Assembly: GCA_963770895.1 (NCBI GenBank)
Contig: CAVYRF010000002.1
Coordinates: 5,056,001 to 5,120,000, forward strand
DNA: 64,000 bases
Direction of reading: 5' to 3'
DNA from: an uncultured Acidobacteriota bacterium
Lineage (GTDB): Bacteria; Acidobacteriota; Thermoanaerobaculia; Multivoradales; UBA5704
The notes under the pieces were generated by a model that was not told the DNA's origin, did no database searches, and saw only the letters and a program-made list of their open reading frames with translations. A program made the position numbers and the translations under genes. Shown here piece by piece: positions 1-8,283 of this stretch. Each line of letters opens with the position of its first letter. Position 1 is the stretch's first letter.

Positions 1-62
1 GAAAGGCCGGCACTCAAGGCAGGTGAAAGGCCGGCACTCAAGGCAGGTGAAAGGCCGGCACT
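1..62. repeat. 24-bp tandem repeat (GAAAGGCCGGCACTCAAGGCAGGT, ~2.6 copies), cut by the window edge
   Basis: Exact copies at 1-24 and 25-48, partial copy at 49-62. Confidence 0.9.
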
Positions 63-164
63 TCAGCAGCGGCAGCCGGTCGTGGGTGGTGGGTGGGTCC
101 GCCCGCCTTCAACCAGGCAAGCCGTGGCGGCTCGTGCAGCGCAAGTCGCGGCGGACGCACTCAA

Positions 165-242
165 GTCGCGGTCGCGCGGGCATCTCGGGTCGCGGTTGCG
201 CGGCATCTCGGGTCGCGGTGGCGCGGCATCTCGAGTCGCGGC
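165..242. repeat. 23/24-bp degenerate tandem repeat (GTCGCGGT.GCGCGGCATCTCG., ~3.3 copies)
   Basis: Units at 165-188, 189-211 and 212-234, plus a partial unit. Confidence 0.85.
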
Positions 243-401
243 GACGGGCGCACCGGCGCGGCCCCCGATCCCGGCCCGCCCGGCGTGGTGCGAAGCGGCG
301 GGTGGGCGCCTGGCGGTAATGATGGGCGAGCGCCTGACCGTGATGAGTGGGCGCCTACCGTTGTGGCGAGTGGGCGCCTGACTGTGACGGCACGTGGGCG
401 G

Positions 402-3095
402 CTAACCGTGATGATGGCCGCCGCCGGCGTGGCTACCGCCGCCGGAGTGCCCGCTGCCTGCGTGGCCGCTGCCACCGGAATGGCTGCTGGAGTGGCCGCC
501 GCCGGAGTAGCTGCCGTTGGAGTGGGACGGGCTTGGGCGGCTGCTGGAAGCGCGGCTGCTGTAGCTGCCGCGATAGGAGTTAGCGCGGTAGGCGGGCTGC
601 GACGAGGGACGCGAGTACTGCGGACGGGGCGCGGCTTGGAAGCGGGATGGCGGCGTCGAGCGGGAACCATGGGCATCAGCCTGATGGGCGGAATACGCCT
701 GAGGGGCCCGGTAGGTCGTCGAGGGGGTGCGCGCAAAGGAGTCGTAGCGCGGCGCGGCGCCGCCGGCGCGGGCGGAGGATGTAAAGCCCGTCGTGCCTGA
801 CGGGTAGCGCGAGCCGAAGGGGGCATTGCCGCCGGTCCAGGGGTGCGCCTGGGCGGGTGCGGGGTGGGCCGGGTAGGAGCCGCTCCAGCGAGTGCCGCCG
901 GTGGTGCGACCGCGATCAAATGGCTCGCCTTGCGCGGCGCCGGGACGCTCGCTCTGGCCGGCGGTCCGGCCGGGCGGCCGGGCCGGCGCGGGGCGGTGGT
1001 CGGCAAGGGTTCCCGGTGCGCCGGCGGACGCGAGAGTGCCTGCGGTGCCGTGAGCGCCTGCGACGTTGCGATCGCCGGTGGCGTTGAAAGCGCCTGCGGC
1101 ATTGGACGCGCCTGCGGCGTTGCGAGCGCCCGCGGCATTGGGCGCGCCGGCGGGCCGGGGTGAGGAGCGCCAGGCTTCACTGGTCGGCCCGCTGCCGGGG
1201 TGCGCGCCGCCCTGGCCGGCAATGTGGGAGCCGAAGGCGTTGGCCCCTCCGCCGCGGGCACCGGTGCCGGGCAGGCCGGCGCTGGCCGGCCGCAGGCCCA
1301 GGGTGCGGGGGGCGAGCGGAGTGCCGGCCTGGCGGCCGACGGCAGAGGCGGCCACGGCGTGGGCGACTTCGAGCGGCAGGCTGGCCTGGCGGCCGATGAA
1401 GGCCGAGACGTCGGGCAGGCCGCGGCCGGCGCCGGCAAAGGCCGAGCGCGAGGCGAGCAGACGCATTGCGCCGGCGGGGCCCGTGTGGAGCAGGCCCGCG
1501 GTCAGGCCGCGGGTTACCGTGGTGATCAGGCCGCGTTCCAGGCCGCGCGCCAGCAGGCCGGCGCCGCCCAGGGCTCTGGCGCCGGGGCCGAAGGCGAAGC
1601 CGTGCCAGCCGCGGCCCAGGACGTGCCCCAGGGGGACGATGTGCCAGTGGGCGAAGAGGCCGAGCGAGCCGCCGGCCCAACCGTAGGCGCCGAAGCGGAA
1701 GGCGGGGAAGAGATGGCTGTAGAAGCCGGTATACAGGCCGATGGGGCACCAGCCGGCGTACGACGGGCCCCAGTACCAATAGACCCAGGCGGGCGAAAAG
1801 ACGTTGCCCGGGCACCACGCCCAGCCGTTGTTCGGCAGGTACTCCCAGCTGCCGTAGTGGTAGGGCACCCAGCCCCAGGGCTCGTTGGACACCCAGGTCA
1901 TGCCGGCCGGGGTGGCGTCCCACTGGCCTTCCCAATAGGGGGTCCAGCCGCTATCCGTGTCGTTGGGCTGCCAGTATTCGCGGTCGTCGACGTTCAGCCA
2001 GTGGCCGTAGTGGTCGAGCGATCCGGCCTCGTAGCCCAGGCTGGGGTCGACGTAGCTGGCGGCGGCGGTGCGGGTGTCGCCTGCGTCGCCTGCGACATCG
2101 CCGCCCCAGCGCTCCAGCAGGTCCAGGCCGCCGGCCTGGCGGACGCCGGCGGCTGGGCTGCGCGCGTCGATCGTCGCCAGCTGGCCGTCGCGCAGCGTCG
2201 TGTCGCCGCCGTCGCTGACCACCTGGGCGGTGCCCTGGCGCACCGTCACTTCGCTCAGATCGCCGCGGTCGGTGGTGACGCGGTAGGCGCCGGTCGCCTG
2301 GATGTAGATGCCGGCGTTCGGCGTCAGGATGGTGGGCATCTCCTGGCCGACCGAGGCGTCGGTGACGATCAGCTGCAGATTGCCTTCGCCAAGGCGCAGC
2401 TCGGTCGAGGGGGCCGGCTGGTCGGCGGAGTTGGCCAGGCGGGCCAGGGTCACCTGCGTGCCGCCGTCCAGGCGGACGATGTTGTGGTCGGCCAGCACGA
2501 TCTCGACACGGGCGCGCGGCGCCACGGTCAGGGTGTCGCCGGTGAGCACCGGCTGGTTTGCCTGCGCCGGCTGGGCGCCGCCGGCGGTCGCCGGAGTCGT
2601 CGGGGCCCCCGGTGCGGCATCGCTGCCGCCGGGAGTCCAACCGTCGCCGCCGCTGTCGGGGCTGCTGCCTGTCGCGGTATCGCCGGCGGCGCCGCCGGCA
2701 TGGCTGAGCAGTACGGTGCCCTCGACCACGCGCAAATACCCGTAGCTGCCGCCCGGGCCCGCACCATCGGCAGAGCTGCCCATTGGAGCCTGGGCCGTTG
2801 CCGGCGCCGGGACCGCCGCCGCCGGCAACGGCGCCAGGAGCGCCGATGCAGCCGCCAGGGCGGCAAGCGTTGCGAGGAAGGCCAGCGCCGTGACGGGCGA
2901 GCCGTCGCGCCGCGGTCGGGTGCCCCCTGCGACCCCTGCGCTGAGCGCGGTCAGACGATCGCCGTCAGCATGTCCGGCGCCACCGGCGTGATCGGCGCTG
3001 CGGGCAGTGCAGGAGGCCAAGCTGTGCCGGAGTTTTGGCAACGGCGGTCTGGCGTTGTCGCGAGGAGAGGAGGCGGCGACCCTGGCTGTGAGCAT
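402..3095 (-). CDS. Secreted FecR-domain / DUF6600-like protein with a low-complexity Ser/Gly/His tail (start uncertain)
   Basis: Hydrophobic leader; FecR-like segment (VVEGTV...GDTLTV...RVEIVL); W-rich block YGHW...WTPYWEGQW...WVSNEPWGWVPYHYGSW...PAWVYW. Confidence 0.75.
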   Translation of the reverse strand: MLTARVAASSPRDNARPPLPKLRHSLASCTARSADHAGGAGHADGDRLTALSAGVAGGTRPRRDGSPVTALAFLATLAALAAASALLAPLPAAAVPAPATAQAPMGSSADGAGPGGSYGYLRVVEGTVLLSHAGGAAGDTATGSSPDSGGDGWTPGGSDAAPGAPTTPATAGGAQPAQANQPVLTGDTLTVAPRARVEIVLADHNIVRLDGGTQVTLARLANSADQPAPSTELRLGEGNLQLIVTDASVGQEMPTILTPNAGIYIQATGAYRVTTDRGDLSEVTVRQGTAQVVSDGGDTTLRDGQLATIDARSPAAGVRQAGGLDLLERWGGDVAGDAGDTRTAAASYVDPSLGYEAGSLDHYGHWLNVDDREYWQPNDTDSGWTPYWEGQWDATPAGMTWVSNEPWGWVPYHYGSWEYLPNNGWAWCPGNVFSPAWVYWYWGPSYAGWCPIGLYTGFYSHLFPAFRFGAYGWAGGSLGLFAHWHIVPLGHVLGRGWHGFAFGPGARALGGAGLLARGLERGLITTVTRGLTAGLLHTGPAGAMRLLASRSAFAGAGRGLPDVSAFIGRQASLPLEVAHAVAASAVGRQAGTPLAPRTLGLRPASAGLPGTGARGGGANAFGSHIAGQGGAHPGSGPTSEAWRSSPRPAGAPNAAGARNAAGASNAAGAFNATGDRNVAGAHGTAGTLASAGAPGTLADHRPAPARPPGRTAGQSERPGAAQGEPFDRGRTTGGTRWSGSYPAHPAPAQAHPWTGGNAPFGSRYPSGTTGFTSSARAGGAAPRYDSFARTPSTTYRAPQAYSAHQADAHGSRSTPPSRFQAAPRPQYSRPSSQPAYRANSYRGSYSSRASSSRPSPSHSNGSYSGGGHSSSHSGGSGHAGSGHSGGGSHAGGGHHHG

Positions 3096-3235
3096 TTTCA
3101 GATTCTCCTGCGGCGAACCTACCGCGATGCCAGGGGCAACGCAACTTCCAAGCCACTGTCCGGCGGCGCGGCGGGCGAAGGTGCGCGGATGGCCGCAAAA
3201 CGCCGGCCGGAGAGAGTTGCCGCTGCGGGACCGAC

Positions 3236-3241
3236 TATAAT
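3236..3241 (+). promoter_or_regulatory. Putative -10 box TATAAT for the 3428-7437 gene run
   Basis: Perfect TATAAT in a GC-rich divergent intergenic region; no clear -35 box. Confidence 0.45.
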
Positions 3242-3427
3242 GCGGGGACTTGAGTCGCCGGCAGCAGTGTGCGCGGCCGATGGCGACCGTCCACGCCAGG
3301 CGTCGTCGCCGTCCGCTTCCGGGCGCACCGCCGGCGAACAGGTTTCCATCGGCAAGCGGGCTGGCGGGTGGAGGCGGCGGTGGCGCGGTTGGAGAGGGTG
3401 TCGAGGGAGGGGCAAATTGCAGTGGCA

Positions 3428-4354
3428 ATGAAGAACTGGTTTGGCGGCAAGGCCAAAGGTTCGCAGCAGGAGTACACGGTCGATGACCTGATCGTGCTCG
3501 AACGCTATCAAGAGGCGGCCGACCGGTTGCTCGCCAAGCTGAAGATCAACCCGCAGGACCTGCACTCCCACCTCAAGCTGGCGGAGGTCTACACGCACTT
3601 GCAGCAGCCCGGCAAAGCCGTGGACGAATACGCTTTCGTCGCCGACGAGTACGCCCAGGACGGTTTCTACGACAAGGGGATCGCGCTGCTGTCGCGGGCC
3701 ATGAAGCTGGCGCCCAACGACGCTTCGCTGCGCCAGCGGGTCGAGGATCAGCAGCGCGAAAAGAGCCTGGACCACGTGCGGGTCCTGGCCATCGAAGGGT
3801 TGCGCCAGGCGGGCGGCCATCTCGACGGCGCCTCGGCTCTCGATCTGCAACGGCTGTGGCACAACCTGGTCGCCAGCAGCCTGGTGAGGGACCTGCCCGG
3901 CGAGCAGCTCAAACGGCTGTTTTCGGCCATGAAGCTGTATCACCTGGATGCCAAAAGCCGCATCGTGCAGGAAGGCAGCGATGAGCCCTTCCTGCTGCTC
4001 CTGGCGCGCGGGCTGGTCGAGGCCACGATCCAGGTTGCCGCCAGCGCCGCGGCCGCGGGCGGAAGCGGGGGAGGCGGGGCTGCCGGGGCGCCCGGCATGG
4101 GCAGCGCGACGCGTCCCGTACGCTCTTTCGGCCCCGGCGACATCGTCGGCGAAGCGGCGCTCCTGGAGCGCGGGCGGTGGCCGGCAGACTACTGGGTGCG
4201 CGAGCCGGCGGCGGTGCTGCGGCTCACCCGCGAGGGCCTCGAAAAGTGCCTGGTCGGCAACGCCGATCCGCGCGGCTTTCTGGAAATTCTGCGTGGCCAG
4301 CATAACGACCGTGAGGTGGCGGCGGCCGTGCGCACTCTGCGAGGCAGCCACTGA
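3428..4354 (+). CDS. TPR-like plus cyclic-nucleotide-binding domain protein
   Basis: ATG at 3428 (MKNWFGGK); TPR-like HLKLAEVY...KAVDEY; cNMP-type IVQEG...LLARGLVE...FGPGDIVGEAALL. Confidence 0.75.
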   Translation: MKNWFGGKAKGSQQEYTVDDLIVLERYQEAADRLLAKLKINPQDLHSHLKLAEVYTHLQQPGKAVDEYAFVADEYAQDGFYDKGIALLSRAMKLAPNDASLRQRVEDQQREKSLDHVRVLAIEGLRQAGGHLDGASALDLQRLWHNLVASSLVRDLPGEQLKRLFSAMKLYHLDAKSRIVQEGSDEPFLLLLARGLVEATIQVAASAAAAGGSGGGGAAGAPGMGSATRPVRSFGPGDIVGEAALLERGRWPADYWVREPAAVLRLTREGLEKCLVGNADPRGFLEILRGQHNDREVAAAVRTLRGSH

Positions 4355-4872
4355 TGGCGATCCTTGCCATCCGCGTCTATCCAGACCCTGCCCTGCGCGT
4401 CAAGACTCCGCCGGTCACCGACTTCGGGCCGGCGCTGGCGCGCCTGGCCGCCGACATGATCGAGACCATGGTGGCGGCTCCGGGCATCGGCCTGGCGGCG
4501 CCGCAGGTCGGCTCGCAGGCGCGGCTGGCGGTGGTCGACCTGTCAGTCGGCGACGACCCGCAGCAGCTCCACGTGCTGGTCAATCCGCGGATCACCCGCC
4601 GCGAAGGCATGGAAACCGACGTCGAAGGGTGCCTGTCGTTGCCAGGCATCTCCGACAAGGTGGACCGGCCCACAGCGATCACCGTGCGCGCCCAGGACCT
4701 GGACGGCAACGCCTTCGAGCTGCAAGCCGAAGAGTGGCTGGCGCGCGCCATCTGCCACGAGGTCGATCACCTCGACGGCGTGTTGTTCACCGATCATCTG
4801 CGAGGCTTGCGACGGGAGCGGGTGCGGCGGCAGCTGCGCAAGCTCGCGGCGGAGCAGGAGGTGCATGCGTGA
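4354..4872 (+). CDS. def: Peptide deformylase
   Basis: Motifs GIGLAAPQVG, EGCLS and HEVDHLDG. Confidence 0.97.
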   Translation: MAILAIRVYPDPALRVKTPPVTDFGPALARLAADMIETMVAAPGIGLAAPQVGSQARLAVVDLSVGDDPQQLHVLVNPRITRREGMETDVEGCLSLPGISDKVDRPTAITVRAQDLDGNAFELQAEEWLARAICHEVDHLDGVLFTDHLRGLRRERVRRQLRKLAAEQEVHA

Positions 4873-5537
4873 AGGGTGCGGCAGCAGCAGCTTCACCAGG
4901 TGGGCCGGCGCCAGGGGCGCGGCGGGAAGGTGCGAACGGATTGCGGGCACGGCGCACCGCGGCAGCGCTGACCGGCGTCGCGCTCGCCAGCGCGCTGGCG
5001 CTCGCCAGCTGTGGCGGCGGCGGCCACAGCGGCGGCAGCGGCGGCGGCTCCGGCCCGACCAGCCCGCCGCCCAATCAATCGAGCATGGTGTTCACGCCAT
5101 CGGGCGGCGGCAGCTCGGGCATCGTGCTGGCGACCGGCGCCGGCAGCCAGGGCACCGCGCTGGCGCTCACCGTACAGACCACCGGGGTGCCCGACCTGTA
5201 CGCGGTCGCCTTTCACCTCACCTATCCGTACGCCGCCATGCACTTCAGCGGTTCGAACGAAGGCACCCTGCTCAACGCCGCCGGCTCGGTGCAGACGACC
5301 TACCAGGTTGTCGAGTCGCCGCCAGGCACGCTCATCGTCGGCCTCAGCCGGCTGGGCGCCGTCAACGGCACGGGCGCCGCGGGAACGCTGCTCACCCTGC
5401 AGTTCACCGGCGTCGCGACCGGCAACGGCAAGATCGCCTTCACCAACAATCAGGCGAACAACAGCGCGCAATCCGCCATCCAGGGTCTCAGCTGGGGCGG
5501 CGGCTCCGTGCAAGTCACCATCGTGCCGGGTTCCTGA
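4869..5537 (+). CDS. Cohesin-like domain lipoprotein
   Basis: GTG overlaps the def stop; lipobox LALASC; beta-sandwich pattern VAFHLTY...G.GTLLTLQF. Confidence 0.65.
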   Translation: MKGAAAAASPGGPAPGARREGANGLRARRTAAALTGVALASALALASCGGGGHSGGSGGGSGPTSPPPNQSSMVFTPSGGGSSGIVLATGAGSQGTALALTVQTTGVPDLYAVAFHLTYPYAAMHFSGSNEGTLLNAAGSVQTTYQVVESPPGTLIVGLSRLGAVNGTGAAGTLLTLQFTGVATGNGKIAFTNNQANNSAQSAIQGLSWGGGSVQVTIVPGS

Positions 5538-5546
5538 GGGACCGCC

Positions 5547-7025
5547 GTGCCCGCCGATCTCATCTTGTACAACACGCTGGGCCGGCACCAGACGCCGCTG
5601 CGCCCGCTGGTGCCTGGGCACGTCAAGATCTACGCCTGCGGTCCGACGGTCTACAACGACATCCATATCGGCAACCTGCGCACCTTCCTGGTGCAGGACC
5701 TGCTGCGGCGCAGCCTGCGCCATCTGGGCTTCGGCGTCACCCAGGTGATGAACCTGACCGACGTCGACGACAAGACCATCCGCGGCGCCCAGGCCGCGGG
5801 AGTCTCGCTCGGCGAGTACACGGAACCCTTCATCCGCTCCTTTCTCGCCGACCTGGACGCCTTCCACATCGAGCGGGTCGAGCAGTATCCACGGGCGACC
5901 GAGCACATCGCCGACATCCTCGACCTGATCGGCCGGCTCGAGGCCGCCGGATACGCCTACGTGAGCGACGGGTCGGTCTTTTTCAGCATCGCCCGCGACG
6001 CGGACTACGGCCGCCTGTCCGGCTACGACCTGGAGCAGGTGCGGCGCGGCGAGCGCGTCGCAAGCGACGAATACGGCAAGGACGACGCGCGCGACTTCGT
6101 GCTGTGGAAGGCCGCCAAGCCCGGCGAGCCCTCGTGGGACTCGCCCTGGGGGCCGGGGCGCCCAGGCTGGCACATCGAATGCTCCGCCATGAGCATGCGC
6201 TACCTGGGCGAAACCTTCGACATGCACTGCGGCGGCGTCGACCTCATCTTCCCGCACCACGAAAACGAGATCGCCCAGAGCGAGTCCGCGACCGGCAAGC
6301 CCTTCGTGCACACCTGGCTGCACGTCGAGCACCTGATCGTCGACGGCCAGAAGATGTCCAAGTCCCTGGGCAACCAGTACACCCTCAAGGACCTCCTGGC
6401 CAAGGGCCTGTCGGCGCGCGCCCTGCGCTACCTCTTCCTGTCCGTGCACTACCGGCAGAAGCTCAACTTCACCTTCGAGGCGCTGGAAGGCGCCGCCGGC
6501 GCCCTGCGCCGCCTCGACGAAATGCGCTTCCGGCTGCAGCACGCCACCGAACGCCCCGAGCTGCCCGCCCAGGTCGATCCCTCGCCCCCGCCGGCCGCCG
6601 CGGCCCTGGCGACCCTGCGCCGCGACTTCACCGCCGGCCTGGCCGACGACCTGAACGTCTCAGCCGCCCTGGCCGCGCTCTTCGCCTTCGTCAAAGAGGT
6701 CAACGTCGCCATCGAAGGCGGCCAGCTGGTCACCGGCGACAAGGACCGCATCGCCGCCGCCCTGGGCGACGTCGACGGCGTGCTCGGAGTCCTGGACGCC
6801 GCCGCCTGGCCCGCCGCCGGAGCCGCCGTTGGCGGAGCTGCCGGTGCCGACGGGGGTGCCGGCGCCGGCGACGTCGCCGAGATCGAGCGCCTGGTCGCCG
6901 AGCGCACCGCCGCCCGCCGCCAGCGCGACTTCGCCGCCGCCGACCGCCTGCGCGCCCAACTCACCGCCCGTGGCGTCACCGTGGAAGACACCCCCGAGGG
7001 CGCCCGCTGGAAGCGCAACCCCTGA
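5547..7025 (+). CDS. cysS: Cysteine--tRNA ligase
   Basis: CGPTVY, HIGN, GRPGWHIECSAM, HCGGVDLIFPHHENE and KMSKS motifs. Confidence 0.98.
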   Translation: MPADLILYNTLGRHQTPLRPLVPGHVKIYACGPTVYNDIHIGNLRTFLVQDLLRRSLRHLGFGVTQVMNLTDVDDKTIRGAQAAGVSLGEYTEPFIRSFLADLDAFHIERVEQYPRATEHIADILDLIGRLEAAGYAYVSDGSVFFSIARDADYGRLSGYDLEQVRRGERVASDEYGKDDARDFVLWKAAKPGEPSWDSPWGPGRPGWHIECSAMSMRYLGETFDMHCGGVDLIFPHHENEIAQSESATGKPFVHTWLHVEHLIVDGQKMSKSLGNQYTLKDLLAKGLSARALRYLFLSVHYRQKLNFTFEALEGAAGALRRLDEMRFRLQHATERPELPAQVDPSPPPAAAALATLRRDFTAGLADDLNVSAALAALFAFVKEVNVAIEGGQLVTGDKDRIAAALGDVDGVLGVLDAAAWPAAGAAVGGAAGADGGAGAGDVAEIERLVAERTAARRQRDFAAADRLRAQLTARGVTVEDTPEGARWKRNP

Positions 7026-7059
7026 CGGCCCCTGACGGCCCCCATGCCGCCGAGATCCC

Positions 7060-7437
7060 ATGTCCACCCCTTCCAGCCCGCACGCCCGCGGGCGTGCCGC
7101 GGAGCAGGCCGCCGTGGTCTGGTTGCAGGCGCACGGCTACCGGGTGCAGGAGCGCAACGTCGTCAACCACGCCGGCGAGATCGACCTGATCGCCCGCGAT
7201 GAGCGCGACGTCCTCTGCTTCATCGAGGTCAAGGCCCGCAAGACCGCCACCTTCGGCCCCGCCCTGGCCGCCGTAGGCCCCCTCAAGCGCCGCCGCCTGT
7301 GTCGCGCTGCCGCCCTGCACCTGGCCCGCCGCGGTCTCCACCTCACCCCCTGCCGCTTCGATGTCCTGGCCCTGGACTGGACCGGCGCCGCCTGGCGCTA
7401 CACCCTGGTCCGCGACGCCTTCCCCTTCGCCCCCTAG
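7060..7437 (+). CDS. yraN: YraN (UPF0102) family nuclease-like protein
   Basis: GRAAE...GEIDLIA...FIEVKAR...RFDV. Confidence 0.92.
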   Translation: MSTPSSPHARGRAAEQAAVVWLQAHGYRVQERNVVNHAGEIDLIARDERDVLCFIEVKARKTATFGPALAAVGPLKRRRLCRAAALHLARRGLHLTPCRFDVLALDWTGAAWRYTLVRDAFPFAP

Positions 7438-7497
7438 CCGCCGCCGCGCCGTCCCGCCAGCCCGCCGCCCGCGCGCAACCCCTGCAATCCAACGCAC

Positions 7498-7526
7498 TTG
7501 ACAGCCCCCGGACCGGCGCATATCCT
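7498..7526 (+). promoter_or_regulatory. Sigma70-type promoter of the tRNA pair
   Basis: TTGACA-17 bp-TATCCT, 11 nt before tRNA-Gly. Confidence 0.8.
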
Positions 7527-7537
7527 TTGCGGCCTGG

Positions 7538-7612
7538 GCGGGAATAGCTCAGTGGTAGAGCACAACCTTGCCAAGGTTGGGGTCGCGGGTTCAAGTCCCG
7601 TTTCCCGCTCCA
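7538..7612 (+). tRNA. tRNA-Gly(GCC)
   Basis: GCGGGAATAGCTCAGTGGTAGAGC...TTGCCAA...GGTTCAAGTCCC...CCA cloverleaf. Confidence 0.98.
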
Positions 7613-7735
7613 AATCCTTCTTTGAACCCTGACCGGTGCCGCGGCAACCAAGCCGCGGCCGGCAGCAGCACCCAAGGCGCGCCCAGGCAGCCTTGCGAGC
7701 AAAAGGGGCCGTCCCTCCCGACCCCTCGTTCCCCA

Positions 7736-7810
7736 GGCGACGTGGCCAAGTGGTAAGGCGAGGGTCTGCAAAACCCTTATTCGGCGGTTCGAATCCGCCC
7801 GTCGCCTCCA
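7736..7810 (+). tRNA. tRNA-Cys(GCA)
   Basis: GGCGACGTGGCCAAGTGGTAAGGC...CTGCAAA...GGTTCGAATCC...CCA. Confidence 0.98.
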
Positions 7811-8047
7811 ACTCTAAGCCCAATTCTACCAGCAACTTAGTCTCAGTCCTGTCGGGGTCGCGGCCGCGACAAGCGAACTGCCATGGTGCACTGGCGCCCA
7901 CTCTCCGGCGGTGGTAGGCGAACTCGATCGCTGCGAGATTTCAGCTTCTTCGATCTGCGGTAGTGCGTTTTGACGCCGATCTGGCGGCCATAGTGCGGGA
8001 GGGCGGAGTAGCGACCCACACCGGCCCCGAGTCATGCGTCGGCCGGT

Positions 8048-8176
8048 TCAGCTACCCGCGTGGCAGGGCTGGGACTTCTTCCCAGCCCTGCCGAGAGCGG
8101 GCACGGTTTGAACCTCGAAGCCCCCAAGATCGCGCTTCACCTGGCGAGGCAGGGACTCGTCGAGCAGTATGCGCAC
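8048..8176 (-). pseudogene. Truncated DUF5615-type PIN-like toxin
   Basis: Minus strand reads VRILLDESLPRQVKRDLGGFEVQTVPALGRAGKK, a typical N-terminus, then stops after 42 aa. Confidence 0.7.
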
Positions 8177-8283
8177 TCGCGAGCATGGCTCGTCGCCCGG
8201 CACGTTGACCACCGCCGTGGCGGCTGGCCAGTGGTGGGCCGCCCAGGCGATGCGGGTCGGTGCCGCTCAGGTCGCGGCGCGAT

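Noticed and set aside
1-242. CRISPR array
   Set aside because: The repeats are directly adjacent with no unique spacers, and there are no cas genes in the window
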